Made by a program: the position numbers and the translations under genes
The notes under the pieces: generated by a model
The model's input: the letters and a program-made list of their open reading frames with translations, nothing else
The model's database searches: none
What the model was told of the DNA's origin: nothing
Part shown: positions 26,872 to 39,794 of the stretch, one piece after another
Layout of the letters: each line of letters starts with the position of its first letter
Numbering within the stretch: the stretch's first letter is position 1
From: Octopus sinensis
Taxonomy: Eukaryota
Direction: 5' to 3'
DNA: 64,000 bases
Assembly: GCF_006345805.1 (NCBI RefSeq)
Contig: NC_043022.1
Coordinates: 8,556,001-8,620,000 of the forward strand

Positions 26872-26934
26872 GTATATTGGATTGTTGGTATGGCTGTGGA
26901 ATAGTATTATAACACATCCTTTTGATATACAGAA

Positions 26935-27146
26935 GAGTGTGATGAAAAGTTCCAGGCTTTGGGTAAAAGAAAATACAAAAGAATCAATTAATTATGATTC
27001 TATTCACCATATTCCCCTCTCAGATTCACATTCTTATTGCAATGATCATTCAGATTTTCTAAGCCCTGTAAAAGAAATCAGAAGGTTGAGCCTCCAACCA
27101 GTCATTTTGTGATACTCTTAAAACCAGAACTTTTCAGCACCCCATC
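26935..27146 (-). mobile_element. Mariner-derived MITE
   Basis: tgatgaaaagttccaggcttt ... aaaaccagaacttttcagcaccc. Same family as 30628-30846. Confidence 0.82.
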
Positions 27147-27554
27147 GTGTATATATATATAAATATTATATGCACAGGCATTGTTGTGTTGTTAAGAAGC
27201 ATGCTTTGCAACCAGAGGTTTCTGGTTCAGCTCCACTGTGTTGTACCTTGGGTAAGTGTCTTCTATGCCCCCAAGCTGGTCAATGCATTATGAGTGAATT
27301 TGGTGGACACAAACTGTGTGGAAGTCCATTGCTTGGGGGCATAGAAGACACTGAAAAAAGCCCATCGTGTATATATATATACATATCAATGTGTGTGTAT
27401 TTGTATTTGTCCTCCATCACCAGTTAAGCATAAGAGACCATAGAATAAGTGCTTAACTTAAAACGTTTTGGGCTATACTGTTCAAGGTGATACCTCAGCA
27501 TAGCCACAGTCCAATGACTGATACAGGTAAATGATATATATATATATAATAGAG

Positions 27555-27618
27555 AGATGGGTGGATAGATAGATATAGATAGATAGATAGATATAGATAG
27601 ATAGATAGATAGATAGAT

Positions 27619-27689
<71 letters not shown>

Positions 27690-27690
27690 T
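27555..27690. repeat. (AGAT)n tetranucleotide microsatellite
   Basis: Directly visible. Confidence 0.97.
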
Positions 27691-28158
27691 GTACATACAC
27701 ACACACAGATATCTATATATAAAGCTGAAAACCCTTTCTTAACACAAGTGGAAGGGTGTGGTGAAATATCTACCCACCACCTCTTCACATTGATATTACA
27801 TGTATTGATCAGATTATATTGTTTGCTCCCTTTGAATGCTTCAGTCACTCAACCCTTCCCCACAACCACTTTAAGCTTTCTGTTCTCTTTTTTCCTTCTA
27901 CCACTTCTTCCCATTACTTACTCTCCCCCTTTCCTTTTCCCTTTCTTTTCTTTTCCCCCTCTTTCCTTACTATTTCCTTTTCCTCTTTTTTTTCTGTTTC
28001 TCTATTTCTCCAAATACATACACACACATATATATATATATGTATATGATATATATATTTATATATATGTATATGTATGTATGTATATGTATGTATATAT
28101 ATGTATGTATATGTATGTATATATATGTATGTATATGTATATATATGTATATATATAT

Positions 28159-28194
<36 letters not shown>

Positions 28195-28371
28195 TACTGC
28201 ATCCATAACCATGATCTATATTTTATAAGCAGTCACTTTTCACATCTTGATGGTCATTCGGACTGATCAGGCTGGCGCCAATTTCGTTAAATGCTAGCCA
28301 GCCACATCTGGAAAATCCTGAGTGAGTGGACAATTGCTGCATGATGGCTAAATACCATTACAGAACTGCTG

Positions 28372-28595
28372 CCATTTTTCCACTGCCATCATCAACACCA
28401 CTGACCACTACCACCAACCTCCACAGCCACCACCCACCTACACCATCACAATCACCACCAACATCATCACCATGGACCACTAGCAATAACCATCACCACC
28501 ACTACCACAACAACCATCACTACCAACCACTACGTCTTCTGCTATGAGCCAACCAGCACCAGCACCACCTCTACCAACCACAATACTGCCAGCAT
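28372..28595. repeat. Degenerate (ACC)n low-complexity tract
   Basis: Rich in cca/acc/cac triplets, with stops in the frames I checked. Confidence 0.85.
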
Positions 28596-29027
28596 TTTGC
28601 TGAGCTGGTGGATGGCATATTGAAACAGTTATAAATATTACTAAATAATGTCTATATTTACTATAAAAATATCTTATTCTCTATAGGATTGCTTACTCAA
28701 AAGCCTTATTCAATTAATCTCCTATAAATCTTAGAGAAATACACCAAGTTTTTCTGTTTGTTTTCTTGTTTCATAAAACCTCTTTCAGGCTCTCCTCATC
28801 TTCTTACATTTTTCCTTCAGCTTCTTTCTGAATGATTTTTATATTTTGTTTCTTATTACACTTTTTATTTATTTATTTTTAAAAATTCTTTTATTCCTTA
28901 TGCTGGTTGGCTTCAGTTATTGGACTGAGGCCATGCTGGGGCAACCACTTTGAAGGATTTTTTTTTTTAGTTTTGATCGTATCAGCTCTAGTAATTATTT
29001 TAGTCTGGTACTTACTTTATTGATCTC

Positions 29028-29111
<84 letters not shown>

Positions 29112-29638
29112 ATATATATATATATTACAAATATACAAACGTTTACTCTGTTTTATTATAAAGGGCCATAATTCAACATACCAATTATTTATATCTGTAT
29201 ACATGCATGCGTGTGCATACACTCTCACTTTCTTTCTCTCTCTGCACACAGTTTTAAAAGGAGTGCTTTTATATTTATAAAAACACCAGCATTAACTGAA
29301 TAAAAGAGGCTCAGTATAAGCATAGTGTTTGATATTTCTAATAATTTTATTGATAGTGATTTTGAAGTTTGGCTGAGTGATTGCTTTTGTCAGATAGTGT
29401 GCAAAAGCAAGTTTTGTTTCCCATCATATTGTTCAATGTGAGGCTAGAATAGAGGACACTTGCTTGTAATGGTTGACACTGGGGTTGAACTAAAAGCTAT
29501 GAGTATAGCAAGCAATCATCTTGACTGCTCTGCTATTTTTATTTTAGTTGTAATTTAGAAAATGACTGCCAGTATCACCCAAGGGTTGTATGCATTCTAC
29601 CAATAGTGTTTATGCAGAATGCTCAGGATCACCTACAA

Positions 29639-29921
29639 CAGTGATTCCCAATGTGGGGCCTGGGAAAATTGTGGTGGGGCATGGTACCATAGTTGTCAGG
29701 TACAAGGTTCTTATCAAAGTGTGTCACTTTTTTCTTAGTCAATAATGTACTCTTTTTATACTCAGTACTTAATAAAAGAGTTACTGGTAGATTCTTTTCT
29801 ATTAAATAATCGTGATTAAAATCATAAAAGTAAAGTTGGTTTTTCCTACCACTGGTGGGGGCCTACATTTTTCTAGAAAGTTATAGAAAGGCCTGAAGGG
29901 AAAATAGGTTGGGAAACACTG
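29639..29921. mobile_element. hAT-Charlie-like MITE
   Basis: TIR cagtgattcccaa ... ttgggaaacactg. Flanks acctacaa / atctacag are a 6/8 TSD resembling the NTCTAGAN target. Confidence 0.75.
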
Positions 29922-30627
29922 ATCTACAGGGACAGGCATAAACTCTGAAGTCCTGAAATGAGCCAGTCTGCATGGCCTTGGCCTGCAGGAGATTGTGGTG
30001 TGGAGAAGAGTAAGAGTTTTCCAACTACCATAAGAACAAATATCCAAAAAAGATATCCAAGAAGAAATGGCATGTTACCTTCAAAGAAGATCCAATGCAA
30101 CTTATTTCTTTACTGCCCGCAAGGGGTTACACACAGAGGGGACAAACAAAGACAGACAAATGGATTAAGTCAATTATCTCAACCCCAGTGCGTAACTGGT
30201 ACTTATTTAATCGACCACGAGAGGAGGAAAGGCAAAGTCGACCTTGGCAGAATTTGAACTGGGAACGTAGCGGCGGACGAAATACCACTAAGCATTTCGC
30301 CCGGTGTGCTAACGTTTCTGCCAGCTCACTGCTGTTTTTCAGATGGTGCTAAGTTGCATCAGAAAATTGCAGGCAACTCTGCTCAGAACGGAGATGATGG
30401 AAATGTCTTCCTGTCCAATGTACAGGCTAACTGTAAGGGTGGGACTAAGACTGAAACCAACCATAGACTCGTCCTCATACTGAGTATTTAAAGTGTATTA
30501 TTATTATTATTGTTGTTATTGATGTTGCTGCGATCCAAAGTAACCCTGATTACATAGGCCTGCAGTCAAAGATTTTCCATCTGTAACTACCATGTCTTAG
30601 GTTGTTTAGATATGATCTATGTAGGAT

Positions 30628-30846
30628 TACGAGGGTATGCTGAAAAGTTCCTGGCTTTAAGGGTATCGCGAAAGGCTTGGTTGGAGGCCCAACCTTCTGA
30701 GTTCTTTTACAGGGCTTAGAAAATCTGAAGGACCACTGCAATAAGTGTGTGAATCTGAGAGGCGAATATGACGTATAAAATCATAATTAACTGATCCTCC
30801 TGTATTTTATTTGACCCAAAGCCAGGAACTTTTCAGTATCCCCTTT
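30628..30846 (+). mobile_element. Mariner-derived MITE retaining the transposase C-terminus
   Basis: TA-cgagggtatgctgaaaagttcctggcttt ... aaagccaggaacttttcagtatccc. The internal KDHCNKCVNLRGEY* resembles the mariner W.KCV.L.GDY end. Confidence 0.88.
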
Positions 30847-31989
30847 TACATTAATCCAGTTTGATCTTCCTTTTTTTTGTTTTTTCCTTCAACTAGTTGC
30901 ATTCTTGTTTGATGGAGATTTGACTGCTATTTTTTGCAGGTTAAGTGATCACATAAATCCTCATTTTTGTCTTATTTAAGGTGTGTAGGTCAGTATCTGT
31001 GATTGGTTTGGATAGTCATGGGAATGGTGTGTGGACATAATTCAACATCTGTATGATTCATATGCATTTTGATAAGCTGCTACATGTTAACAATTGAGAT
31101 AGTGGGAGTTATAATGCATGTAGCAATTTAAGGGATCAGGTTTAAAATATACAGGCATACATCAACTTAGTTCATAATTGATTTCAAGACACGCAACTTA
31201 ACTTGAAAAAGTGTAATATGAGAAAACATTTTAAAAATTAATTAGTTTTATATCTGTTTTATAAATGGTTTGTACATATTTTCACATGTATCTTATTTGA
31301 TTTTCCACTTCGATATTGGTTATTGTTGGTGTATTTAAAAAAATTTTTATGCTTTTAAATATATTTGCAGAGACCACTGTAAAGTCAGATAAATCAACTG
31401 GAGTTAAGGTTTATTTTTGCAATTAATTTCTTAAAACAAGCAACCAAGTCAAAAACAATGTGCCTTTATTTAGCAATTCAGAGGATAAGAGTTGAAATAT
31501 CATTATCAGTTAAGTTGATGACACTTTCAATTGTCATCATCATCTCATTTTAACTTTCATTTTCAATGCTGGCATGAGTCAGACAGTTTGACAAGAGCTG
31601 ACAAGCCAAAGGACTAGACCAAACTCCAATGTCTTTAGCTCTTTCGTTACCAAATTTCTTTTGAAAGACTGCTTTTGTTTTAATTAATTTTGAAAATGAT
31701 GAAGTGTTTAGTAAAATATCTTAGTCATTGTTAAGATGGAGTCTAAAACAACATTGAATTTTGACGGGAAGTTTGAATTTGAGTCATTTTAAAGCAGCCA
31801 GTTAGCATCATGGAACAAAGGGCAGTCTTGGACAGGTTGGTACTAAAGCAATTAATGTAATTAGAAATTCATGGGACAAGATTTGTAATGTAGATATTAA
31901 TTCAAACAATAAGAGTAATGAACATATTAATTAATTGCTGAACATATTAGATATAATGATTTATATATATATGTTATAATGCACTTATT

Positions 31990-32420
31990 GTTTAAAGTGC
32001 TCAGGTGCACTATAACTCAACAGAAAAATGTAGCCAAAAGTGTGTGAACAGTACATAGAATAATGCACAGGAAGTGAACAGTGAATGAGTCATTACAAAA
32101 ATGTGTGGTGGGGGCATCAGGTGTACTTGTTGGCAAATTTCAGGAAGTATGGAAGTTTTGAAGGATATGGTATCCTGACAGCTAACAACTGATGAAGGTA
32201 GTTTATTCCATGCTTCAGCTATTCTTAGCATCAAAAAATGTTTCTGAAAGTCATGGGTGTTGTGTTGTTTTTTGATTTGTAAGCATGTCCACCAGTGTTA
32301 GACATGGAATTCAAAAGGTATCCAAGGTTGTTATTGGAAAGATGATGGATAATCTTGTGGGGGTCTACCAAGTTAGTTGCCAGATGTCAGAGCTTTAATG
32401 TATCTATGCCCAGGGAAGCA
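31990..32420 (-). mobile_element. CR1/L2-like LINE 3' end fragment
   Basis: LRIAEAWNKLPSSVVSCQDTISFK matches the R..NxWNxLPxxVV....FK C-terminal motif. Confidence 0.7.
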
Positions 32421-33638
32421 AGACATTCAGTGTATGGTAGATGCCTGTGATGGTGGGTATTCATAATAATAGTAATAATGAAATTATTGTAAACAGTGCT
32501 CAGGTGCACCACAACTTGTCAGAAAGTGCGTATAAAGTATATGCAGTAATGTACAAATGTCTGGAAAGCAAACAATGTATGAGTCAGATACATGCTTGTG
32601 TGTGTGTGTGTGGAGGGGAGAAAATCAGGTGAAAATCTGGTTGCATGTTTCTGAACAGTTTCCAGGAGATTGATATACTGAGCAAGATAGGGGATTCATA
32701 CAGGTGATGCAAACTCAGTGGACATACCATAACCATACACAGTTTTAAATAAATAGCTGAAGAGACAAAAGTCTTACAAATTTAGAGATCTGGTTTGTCC
32801 AACTCAAATCGCTGTTGACATTTCCTTATATATACAGTGTACTAAACTGAGTTTCGAATTTCTCCATGGAGAAGATGCTGAGAAGTAGATATTTGGTATA
32901 TTTTTTCCTCTCCCACAAATCTCATTGCAAAATATGACATTTACTCAAGGTTGCCTTAACCTTATCATATCTCACCAATCTCTGTGTGTTTTCACTCTAT
33001 CTCATGTGTTTTCTATCTCTATATGTGTTCACTCTATCTCATGTTTATATCTATTTGAACTTAGCACCTTCATATAACAACTGGAAAGGCTTTTCAACTT
33101 GATATTTTTTTCGCTACTTGTGTTGAAGTTTATTGTTGATGAAAGGTAGCATAGTTGTTACTATGATGTGTTTTGCTAAACACAATTTCATATTTACATT
33201 TTACAATTCTTTTCCATTTCTATCTTATTTTTTTGTTATAAGTATGTCTTTTTTTTTTCTGTTATTTTAAATTACTACATTTATATTTTTATTTTTTTTT
33301 AATATTTTACTCCAGCAAAAATTTTTCATATAATTTCAGAAATTTTATTTCAAAATTGTTTGAACCATTTCAATTTCTTAGACACGATTCAAAAGATTTT
33401 CACATAACACTGGAAGAAACGAAATAAATAAATAAATAACCCTGAAATATTCAACATCATACTTTATGTATTTACTTGTCTGTATATGTATACATTGTGT
33501 GTAGATATTATGTACGAGGGAGGTATATATTATATATACAAACACAAATATATACAGACACAAATATATACACACATACATGTATATATATTTGAATATG
33601 TATATAAATGTATACATATACATAATTGTACATATGAA

Positions 33639-33673
<35 letters not shown>

Positions 33674-34723
33674 GTATATGTGTGTGTGTATATATATATG
33701 TATATGTGTGTGTGTGTGCATGTGTATACACATATAATTGTAATATATATGTTTATAAATAATCTTTCTTTCTCTCTGTTTGTATATATATATATATATT
33801 TCTATGTATGTTTACATATATATATAGAGAGATTTATATATTATGTATATGTTTGTAAATGTGTTTTTGTGTGTATGGTTAAATGTATGCATATGTATGT
33901 GCTCTTTGTGTATATATCTTTGTGTGAATTTATTGTTTTTTTTAATCTATTTTAGGAATTCACAAATTGAAAATATTAATCTTATTGAATCTATCAAAGA
34001 AATCAAATTATTTTACGTATAGCTATTACTGTTTTAGTGAGTGAGGATGTGGTGGTGTTAAAGCCTTACCATTGTTACAAGTATCAGATTGGAGTAGTTG
34101 CAACATTAGTATTGCTGCATCAATTATCAGGGAGGTGTTACATCCTTATCTTTGTTACACCAATTAGAGGAATGTCTTATAGCTATATCATTGTTACAAC
34201 TAACATCAGGGTGGTTTCACAATTTTTAAGCATTCTAATAGTCGTGTTATTTAGAGGTTTGCTTTGCAACTGCATTTTTTTTTATGAGTGTGGGAGTGTT
34301 TAGTCCCACTCCTTGATACCCTGGGCAAATTTCTTTAAACTTCTGCTATAGCTATGGGCTGACCAATGCCTTGCGAGTGACATATATATATATATAAATT
34401 TGTTCTTCATTTTTTTTCTACTTGCCACTCCATCATCATATGTCTGAAAAGTGATGGAATTTATTCAAGTTTCAAAAATGGTAAACAAAAGTTGTATATG
34501 AAAAATAGAGCTACAAAAAAAAAATGCCTATAAAACATTATGATAAAAATATTTTTTGTGTTAATTCAAATGAAGGGGAAAAAACAAATTTATCTGTCAG
34601 ACAACTCAGGACACACACACTCACACACACACACACTCACACATATATATATATGCATGAGTGAGTGGACAAATGAAAGAAAAGGACACTCAACACATTT
34701 AGTAGGAGTTACATGTATTATTT

Positions 34724-34888
34724 AAAACAGCTTGATTCGGTTCCGTGTGGCTTGAAGTTTTGCAGGCTCCTATGGGAACGTTTCTCTTTCAGATTCCTAA
34801 CATTAAGCAATCCAAAACCTGAAAGTGATGGGCTACTGTTAGGGGCCTGTGAAACTTGAAGTTGCACAAAACTGAATCAAACTGTTTT
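34724..34888. repeat. Imperfect 165-bp hairpin (48-bp outer stem plus inner ctttcag/ctgaaag)
   Basis: Manual pairing of the outer stem on the + strand gives 37 Watson-Crick pairs, 7 G:U and 4 mismatches. Confidence 0.85.
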
Positions 34889-34897
34889 AGATTTTAT

Positions 34898-34930
<33 letters not shown>

Positions 34931-35084
34931 ACGGGAAAGTTTACGAAAATAAACAAAAGACAAAGGCAGGTGGAGTACAAACAAACAAATGTATTAGTAT
35001 AGCGCTCAGGAATAGAAATAGAAAAAGTCTTTTACGTTTCGAGCCTACGCTCTTCGACAGAAAGATACACAGGAAAAAACAAGG
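34931..35084 (-). mobile_element. Short PLE-related / retrozyme-like repeat carrying a hammerhead motif
   Basis: Homologous to 57190-57328 (shared core, cctgagcg, ctaatacatttg, ctttgtcttttg). Embedded between microsatellites. Confidence 0.75.
35028..35065 (-). ncRNA. Minimal type I hammerhead ribozyme-like motif (variant core)
   Basis: UCUUU CUGUCGA-A GAGC-GUAG-GCUC GAAAC GUA AAAGA: 5-bp stem I, 4-bp stem II, palindromic ACGU helix III and a GUA triplet. The core has A6 to U plus an extra A. Confidence 0.6.
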
Positions 35085-35090
35085 ACATAC

Positions 35091-35121
<31 letters not shown>

Positions 35122-35157
35122 TATATATATACATGCATATATATACATATATACATA

Positions 35158-35560
35158 CAGGAGTGGCTGTGTGGTAAGTAGCTTGCTAACCAACCACATG
35201 GTTCCGGGTTCAGTCCCACTGCGTGGCATCTTGGGCAAGTGTCTTCTGCTATAGCCTCGGGCCGACCAAAGCCTTGTGAGTGGATTTGGTAGACGGAAAC
35301 TGAAAGAAGCCTGTCGTATATATGTATATATATGTATGTGTGTGTATATGTTTGTGTGTCTGTGTTTGTCCCCCTAGCATTGCTTGACAACCGATGCTGG
35401 TGTGTTTACATCCCCGTCACTTAACGGTTCAGCAAAAAAGACTGATAGAATAAGTACTAGGTTACAAAGAATAAGTCCCGGGGTCGATTTGCTCGACTAA
35501 AGGCAGTGCTCCAGCATGGCCACAGTCAAATGACTGAAACAAGTATAAGACTAAAGAGAA
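35158..35560 (+). mobile_element. Full-length SINE family A
   Basis: Same architecture as 5164-5580. Confidence 0.9.
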
Positions 35561-35637
35561 AGAGTATATACATATATATATACATACATATATATATATA
35601 CATATATACACACTTACATATATATATATATACATAC

Positions 35638-35670
<33 letters not shown>

Positions 35671-37896
35671 CCCCCTCCCCATTTGGAAAACCAGTGCTTA
35701 TTTGTTTATGTCCTTATAACTTAGCTGTTTGGCAAAAGTGATCAATAGAATAGGTACTAGACTTTAAAAAAATAATAAGCACTGGGGTCGAATTGTTTGA
35801 CGAAACCCTTCTAGATGGTCACCCAGTATGACTGCAATCCAGTGGTTAAAACATGTAAAACATAAGAGATATATTCCAAGTACCAGGGTAGCATTACAAC
35901 TTTGAAAAGTCTTACACCAAAAATATCTACATTTTCATAGATAACAATCTATCATTGATGTAGTTATGGCTTTAAAGATATTGATTTTTATGTTGTTTAA
36001 TGTTTTAGTTTTTAATTATAGCCAGAATTAGTAGTATTCCAGACTCTGTCTCTTCTATAACTACTACAGTGACCTCAGAGCTGATTGATCTCGTACTGTT
36101 CCTACTCACTCCCCATCGCTCATAACCTATATTTTGTCCACCCCACCAGCTTTGGAGCAGCTATTTTGGCTATAGTCATTCCTTCCCACCAGAATATCAA
36201 CCCTCTAAAATTCCCTTCCTACAACCATCAACTTTCACTTCTTCTATAGAAACATTAACCATATCAATATCATCAATGTTTGGATGGTTTGCAAAGGTCA
36301 TGGGGAATGGTTGTGTGTTTAAGAGGATTTGCTTTGAAACTTGGAGGTTGTTCCAACTGCACAGCTTCTTGAGAAATAACTCCTACCACAACATCAGATC
36401 AACCAAATTCTTGTGAGTGAAATTAGAAAGACAGAAACTGTTCAGAAACACCACCACCAAATATTTGGATGCCTTTAGCAGAGTTCCATCTACTGCAGGC
36501 ATTTAGGAAAGATCTCCTGACTAAAGATAATACCCATCCTTCATTCTAACAGTCATGGAGGAACTTGAAAAATAGATATAATGCAGGACTTCTTCCTCAG
36601 AGTAAACAATTAAAAAGGAATTTTGATATCATTAATTATTATTGTAACCTTTTGCCTCTCCTTTGCATCACATGTTATACACAGGACATATTTCCTTTGC
36701 ATCCATGCATCAAATATTATTTATTCACAATTTTTTTCAACCCCTAGAGTAACTTAGGACTTATGGAAGGAAAGCTGTATATTACTCAGAATGTATGAAA
36801 CAAGAGCTAACTAAAAGTCTAGAGACAAGCATAAATGTTTAGGACAAACTATGAAAATACTTTGGACAGGCAAAGGGTTAGAAAGAATAAGTAGCAGATG
36901 AGTGCTGGAGTTGATGTAATCAGCTTCCACCTCCCCACAGAAATGCTGGCCTCATTTCAAAATTAGAAAGGATTATTTTGAAAAGAACAGTGAAGCATCA
37001 GACACAGTGACACATTGTCCTGTTGTTGTAATCATCTTGGTACAATCTGGTGTAATCAATGTTCAATCCACATCAGAGAAATTTTGTTGAAATAAACTGT
37101 TCAAAGACTTGTGTAATATATTTCTTTACTACCCACTAGGGGCTAAACATAGAGGGGATAAACAAAGGGATTAAGTCGATTACATCGACCCAGTGCAAAA
37201 CTGGTACTTTATTTATCGACCCCGAGAGGATGAAAAGCAAAGTCGACCTTGGTGGAATTTGAACTCAGAGCGTAACAACAGACGAAATACCGCTAAGCAT
37301 TTCGCCCGGCGCGCTAACGTTTCTGCCAGTCAGGCTTGAGGCTGTGGATGACCTAACAGATTGGGTAGATGATTTTCAACCAAGCGATCAATAGTTTATG
37401 TCATGTCTGCAGCCCTAGGTTGTATCAGTGGCTTTGATACTTAACTCTCTAAATCACACTGACCACCTAGAGAGATAAACAAGTAGTGAGTTCAGTCACA
37501 CCTGTAGGAAAATAAACTGGAACTCAAGAAGGAGGCCATGATGATCTACCTCTATAATGAACTGAGGAGTTTCATGGCTGTCATTTTTGACATCTTTTAG
37601 ACAGTCATGAGAAGTCAGATTTGACTTGATGTTTCCATTCACCCAATAGAATAAGTATCAAACTTAAAAACAGGTACTGAGATTGATTTATTTGATTGAA
37701 AATCCTTCAAGGCACTACCCCAGCATGGCTGTAGTCCAATAGCTGAAATAAAGAATAAATAAAAGGCACACATATGCACACATGCACAAACACACAAACA
37801 CACATGTATGTATATCACTGTATCAACCAGGCTATCGGATGTTGTTATACACTGCTTGTCAAAATGCGCTTCCTCACAGTGTTGTAGCTAGGTGGT

Positions 37897-38306
37897 GGAT
37901 CTTTTTGGTTTGAATGGCAGTTTTTTCTAGCGGTGTCATATGAAATTGTCACCCATAATTATGACCCTAGATTCGATCTATTGCATTTCAATCTCTTTTA
38001 GGGTTAGGGTTAGGGGTGGGGGAAGGGTATCTTTTTTTCTTCACAAATGTAAATAAACCCAATCTGTTTCTTAAACAAGGGACATATTCATATGGCACAG
38101 AATGCTTTTTAACTCAATAGACATCACTGATTGGTTGAAATTGCAGAAATTGAAGAAAAAAAACAACAAATATCTTACAAATATCTTCTCAATAAAGCCA
38201 AGAGAAAATGATGTTTTATAAACACATTCTACCAGTATACGAAGCTTAAAATTTTTTAGTTACCTAGAAATTATGTTAAAAACTGCCGTTCAAACCAAAA
38301 TGATCC
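37897..38306. mobile_element. Non-autonomous DNA transposon with about 29-bp TIR, 8-bp TSD and internal (TTAGGG) units
   Basis: ggatctttttggtttgaatggcagttttt ... aaaaactgccgttcaaaccaaaatgatcc. Flanks taggtggt / taggtggc. ttagggttagggttagggg near 37998. Confidence 0.82.
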
Positions 38307-38807
38307 TAGGTGGCTAAGCCAACATTCCCACTGAATAGAATGCCAGTCCATTTCAGTGTTACTTGTTTACACCTGAGTGGACTGGGGCAGCATGAAATGA
38401 AGTGTTTTGCTCAAGAACACAATGCACCACTGATCTGGAAATCAAAACCACAATCATACGATTATATATACAACACTCTATCAACCAGGCTATGCACCTT
38501 CATGTATTTGTGTGTATATAAGTGTGTCTGTATGTATGTGTACTTATACATTTATGTTTGTGTGTGCGTATCTGTAAATTTGCATGTACAGGTGTAAGCC
38601 AGTGAGTTGAATTGCATCTTTATATGTCAAAAGATATATAGACATATATGACCATTGTATAGAGGTTGATAAAATAAATGAACGATTGAAACAAATCTAT
38701 TGATTTGAATAACTGGAAACCTTTGTGGTAGTGGCCATGCTGGGGCACTCTACAATGACAGGAATCAAAAAATGTATATCTACACACAAATACACAGATG
38801 CACATGT

Positions 38808-38846
<39 letters not shown>

Positions 38847-38847
<1 letters not shown>

Positions 38848-39095
38848 GGTGGCATGTAACAAACACCATCCGATCATGGCTGTGCCAGCCTCGCCTGGCA
38901 CCTGTGTTGGTGGCACATAAAAAGCACCCACTACACTCACGGAGTGGTTGGCGTTAGGAAGGGCATCCAGCTGTAGAAACACCGCCAGATCTGACTGGCC
39001 TGGTGCAGCCTTCGGGCTTCCCAGACCCCAGTGGGGTCGTCCAACCCATGCTAGCATGGAAAGCGGATGTTAAACGATGATGATGATGATGATGA
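38847..39095 (+). mobile_element. Family C repeat with (gat)n tail
   Basis: Close match to 58440-58697. Confidence 0.85.
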
Positions 39096-39112
39096 TATAT
39101 ATATATAATTAT

Positions 39113-39158
<46 letters not shown>

Positions 39159-39741
39159 CATACATACGAAGACACAGACACATAGTAATTTTAGATATAT
39201 ATCTAATTATGTCAGTCTTAATTTTAATCAGAAACATTTTTCATTCAGAAAGCTAGAGTCTATAATTTTGAATCAAAACTAAAACCTTTATTTATTTATT
39301 CATTAATCATAAGCAAAACAAATCAAAGATTTTTTTACATATATATCACACTTGCTCTTTACATAGAAGCTCATATAAACACATATCACTGCTCATATAA
39401 ACAGCAGAGCTATTTATATATATTATACACACAAATTCATAAATTGTCAGAAGATATCTAGCGTTCATTTTTGTTTTTGTTTTGTATTTAAATTCATGTG
39501 AGTGGATGTAGGTGTGGCTCTGCGAGAAGAAATTTGCTTTCCAACCACATGGCTCCAAGTCCAGTCCCACTGAGGCACTTTAAGTGTCTTCTACTGTATC
39601 CCCAAGCCAACCAAAGCTTTGTTTTGCATGCTTTCATGACATGAAACTTATAGTAGCTCATAAAATCATATACTGAGTTTATTACATAATGTATGTATGT
39701 ATGTATGTATGTATGTATGTATGTATGTATGTATGTATGTA

Positions 39742-39794
<53 letters not shown>

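Noticed and set aside
28326-28547. Thr/His/Pro-rich ORF as a mucin-like exon
   Set aside because: Degenerate (ACC)n low complexity, frames not maintained, and no splice boundaries.
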